A model generated the notes under the pieces. The model did no database searches. It was not told where the DNA came from and saw only the letters and a program-made list of their open reading frames with translations. Positions 60,746 to 64,000 of a DNA stretch of 64,000 nt are shown here, one piece after another. The DNA is from Eledone cirrhosa (lineage: Eukaryota), in assembly GCA_964016885.1 (NCBI GenBank), contig OZ024746.1:96534001-96598000 (forward strand), read 5' to 3'. The translations under genes were made by a program, and so were the position numbers. The stretch's first letter is position 1, and every line of letters starts with the position of its first letter.

Positions 60746-62799
60746 AGACACAACAACTATAACATTTTAAAAACATTTCCAATAAACAATGTCATCATCA
60801 GGAAAATTAAATAATGAATAGAAACAGACCTGATTACTGCAAAACACAAATTCAAAATGTGTAAACTTAACCCTTTAATGTTCAAACCAGCCAAAACCGG
60901 CCAGAATTCTCTACCTCTTTCTGTTGAAACTAGCTGTAACTGGTCACTCAAACTGATGTTAAGGTATTGTTCTCAAAATAAATACTTTCAAAATCTCATA
61001 GATTCGATATTATGCGAGGTAAAGCCTTTACCATGAAAATATAATAGTATATATAGAGTAATGTGAATACTAAAGGGTTAATACATTTAATGAAGAAAAT
61101 CATTAAATTTAAATAATTTAATGCTTAACATCATGTACCACATGAAACAACATTAGCAAGACATTCTTGAAACATATAAAACAGTACTATGACAGCATCA
61201 CATTAAAAATTAAAGTTTTTACACTAACACTGAAAAATTTCACAGCAATCTGTTCACTAGTAAAGATACTATAAACATTTAAAATAACAAACCTGTTTTT
61301 AGATATTTTGTGCTATGAGAATCATTTTGGGGTGTTAACAGCAAATTACCAAATTTTCACAACAATCTGTTCATTTGTAAAGATACTATAATTACAGTCA
61401 ATCAACAAAATCCCAGACCTCATTCACTTAACCTCTTAGCATTTACATTACTCTATATACTATTATATTTTCATGGTAAAGCCTTTACCTCACATAGTGA
61501 TGAAGGAATTCTGGCTGGATACAGCTGGTTTAAATGCTAAGATGTAAGAAAGAAATATATATATAAATAACATTACAAATGACCGAAGCTGTGAGATTTT
61601 GATATTATTTATTTTGAGAACAATACCTTAACATCAGTATGAGCAACCAGTTACAATTGGTTTGAACAGAAAGAGGTGAGATAATTGTGGCTGGATATGG
61701 CCGGTTTAAATACTAAAGGGTTAATGAATGGGGGTGGAACTCGTCAAATTGGGCCAAGGAAACAATGTTTCCATTGGTCTTTCCAATTGCTAATATTATC
61801 TACCGGTTGCAAATCCAGGCATAAAGATTCTATAAACATTTTAAATAGCCCCCTTTTTTTAGATATTTTCTGCTGAATCATTTCAGGCTTAATCAACTTA
61901 CTCCCACCACTAACTCCACCCGAACTTCACCCACTAAAATTTGTTGGTCTCTTGCCTGAATTATAAGCCATTGTTTATGCATTCTAAAAATCACATCTTA
62001 CAATGCTATTCTTTTAAAATTCAATTTTGTGATAAAAGAATTTTCTTTAATACAGTTAATATTCCTTCCCTGCAATTTGATGTTCATCTCGTTTAATTTG
62101 TTGGAGATGTCAGGAAGATATGTGATGCCAATCCATTGGTTTTTCTAGTTCATTACACATTTTCTCATCACACAACTTTAAAAATTAAAAAAAATTGTAT
62201 CATTGAAATCATAAAAGCATAGCAGAGAGTTTCTCTTAGAAGGCCATTGAACTCCGGTATGCTATAAAAGACACTTAAATCCTTGATCATCTTCATGGCC
62301 AACTTTCTGAAAAATAGGAGCATTCAATGGATGAGCTTTTATTTTATTCATTGTTTTAATAACATGGTGCAAAGGTTACGTTGAAATGCTTTGCACTTAA
62401 ATGTTTCTGATGAACATTGCAGTAGATTGTAAAGCTATTTGAGCTGTTTAATTGCCCACCTATTCCTGAAGGAGTCGTGAAGGCAGAGCCCTCAGTCACA
62501 CCTTTGGGAAGATACTATCAGAAGCAACTCTTTCCAAGAGATGCGCTTGAATTCCCAAGCAAGACCAGCTGAATTTTGCCCATGGCCTACCTCTAGGTTT
62601 TTTGCCAGTTGGTTTTGCCCATAAAATCTGTCCAGCGAATATGGTTAGATATATATTCAAATACAAAAGTTATCAGTAATGTGTTATATTGTGAGGTAAC
62701 ACAGAAGCATAATATGGAACAGGCCTCCATCTGTTCAAATGGTAAATATTCCAATTGTTAGATCAACGAAACAGCTTGATCGTGAAATTAACCCTTTAG

Positions 62800-63295
62800 C
62801 ATTTACATTACTCTGTATATATACTATTGCGTTTTCACAGTAAAGGCTTTACCTCACATAACATTTACATTACTCTGTATATATACTATTGCGTTTTCAC
62901 AGTAAAGGCTTTACCTCACATAACATTTACATTACTCTGTATATATACTATTGCGTTTTCACAGTAAAGGCTTTACCTCACATAACATTTACATTACTCT
63001 GTATATATACTATTGCGTTTTCACAGTAAAGGCTTTACCTCACATAACATTTACATTACTCTGTATATATACTATTGCGTTTTCACAGTAAAGGCTTTAC
63101 CTCACATAACATTTACATTACTCTGTATATATACTATTGCGTTTTCACAGTAAAGGCTTTACCTCACATAACATTTACATTACTCTGTATATATACTATT
63201 GCGTTTTCACAGTAAAGGCTTTACCTCACATAACATTTACATTACTCTGTATATATACTATTGCGTTTTCACAGTAAAGGCTTTACCTCACATAA
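62800..63295. repeat. 62-bp perfect tandem repeat x8 inside a piggyBac-like MITE
   Basis: CATTTACATTACTCTGTATATATACTATTGCGTTTTCACAGTAAAGGCTTTACCTCACATAA; occurs once in other MITE copies (61440-61497). Confidence 0.95.
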
Positions 63296-64000
63296 TATCA
63301 AATCTAAATTATTTATTTTATAAAACCATACCTTACTATCAATATGAGTCGCTTGTTACAGCCGGTTTGAACAGAAAGAGGCAAGAGAATTGTGGCCGGA
63401 TTAATGTCTAAAGGGCTGAGCATTCCACAGACACGTGTACTTTTAGACACTCTAACCACATGTCCATAGTACTGAAGCTCTGGTCTCTCAATGCGGAAAA
63501 GTAGTAGCTTTTTTATTTCTGAGTATAACCTATCGCGTAACGTTACTCCAAAAGACCCATCGGAGAAACTCCATTTTGGCAGCTTGAATTCTTTCAGTCA
63601 TCAGTCATTACCAAAGATTCATGACCATAGATAAGGGTTGCTGCGAACACTAAATTCAAAATAGTGAGATTGGCTTTTACACCCTCTTCCCTTTCCTGAT
63701 GACCGAGTGCTGAAGCTGGTCCATTACTATATCAGCTCCAGCAATTCTGGTATTTAATTCAATCTCTTGTCTTCCACCATTTATGAATACAGTCCATTGC
63801 AACCAATCATAGTAAAAGCTCCACCAGTTACACATACAATAAGTTTGGGGAGAGGAATATTTTTATCATTACAAAAAGTGCTCAACTACTTTATAAATTG
63901 TAGAATATTTTGTGTCAGTTTTTGATTGTTCGACAAACATTCTTCTATAACGCTTTGATTAGTATTCAAATACCTCACCTTCTAATCCAGAGGTTCTCAA

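Noticed and set aside
62400-62445. Hammerhead at CTGATGA 62407 (also 60794 and 63697)
   Set aside because: GAAA box or stems missing; compatible with chance.

Overview
Eukaryotic, AT-rich, repeat-dominated non-coding DNA (intron or intergenic). The mix of (TA)n/(TACA)n tracts, tRNA-derived SINEs and RTE LINEs with (GAT)n tails resembles an Octopus-type cephalopod genome; this is an inference, not a database result. No host gene can be called confidently, and most ORFs in the track are microsatellite or minisatellite translation artefacts. Recognisable content: a near-full-length RTE-clade LINE (43659-46923; APE endonuclease, RT, PHD-like finger), a truncated sister copy, older RTE and CRE-like fragments, many SINEs, hAT/Tc1-pogo/piggyBac-like MITEs, a non-autonomous Helitron and seven minisatellite arrays, several grown out of TE sequence. 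The most interesting signal is four complete minimal type I hammerhead ribozyme folds from three families (2362+, 16834+, 24433-, 33312-), plus decayed cores from about three more. They sit in short Penelope-like terminal fragments among (TA)n tracts and are often arranged as fold-back palindromes or next to locally templated inverted copies of nearby DNA. The large RTE is itself bracketed by a ~205-bp inverted duplication. All folds and alignments were read by eye.
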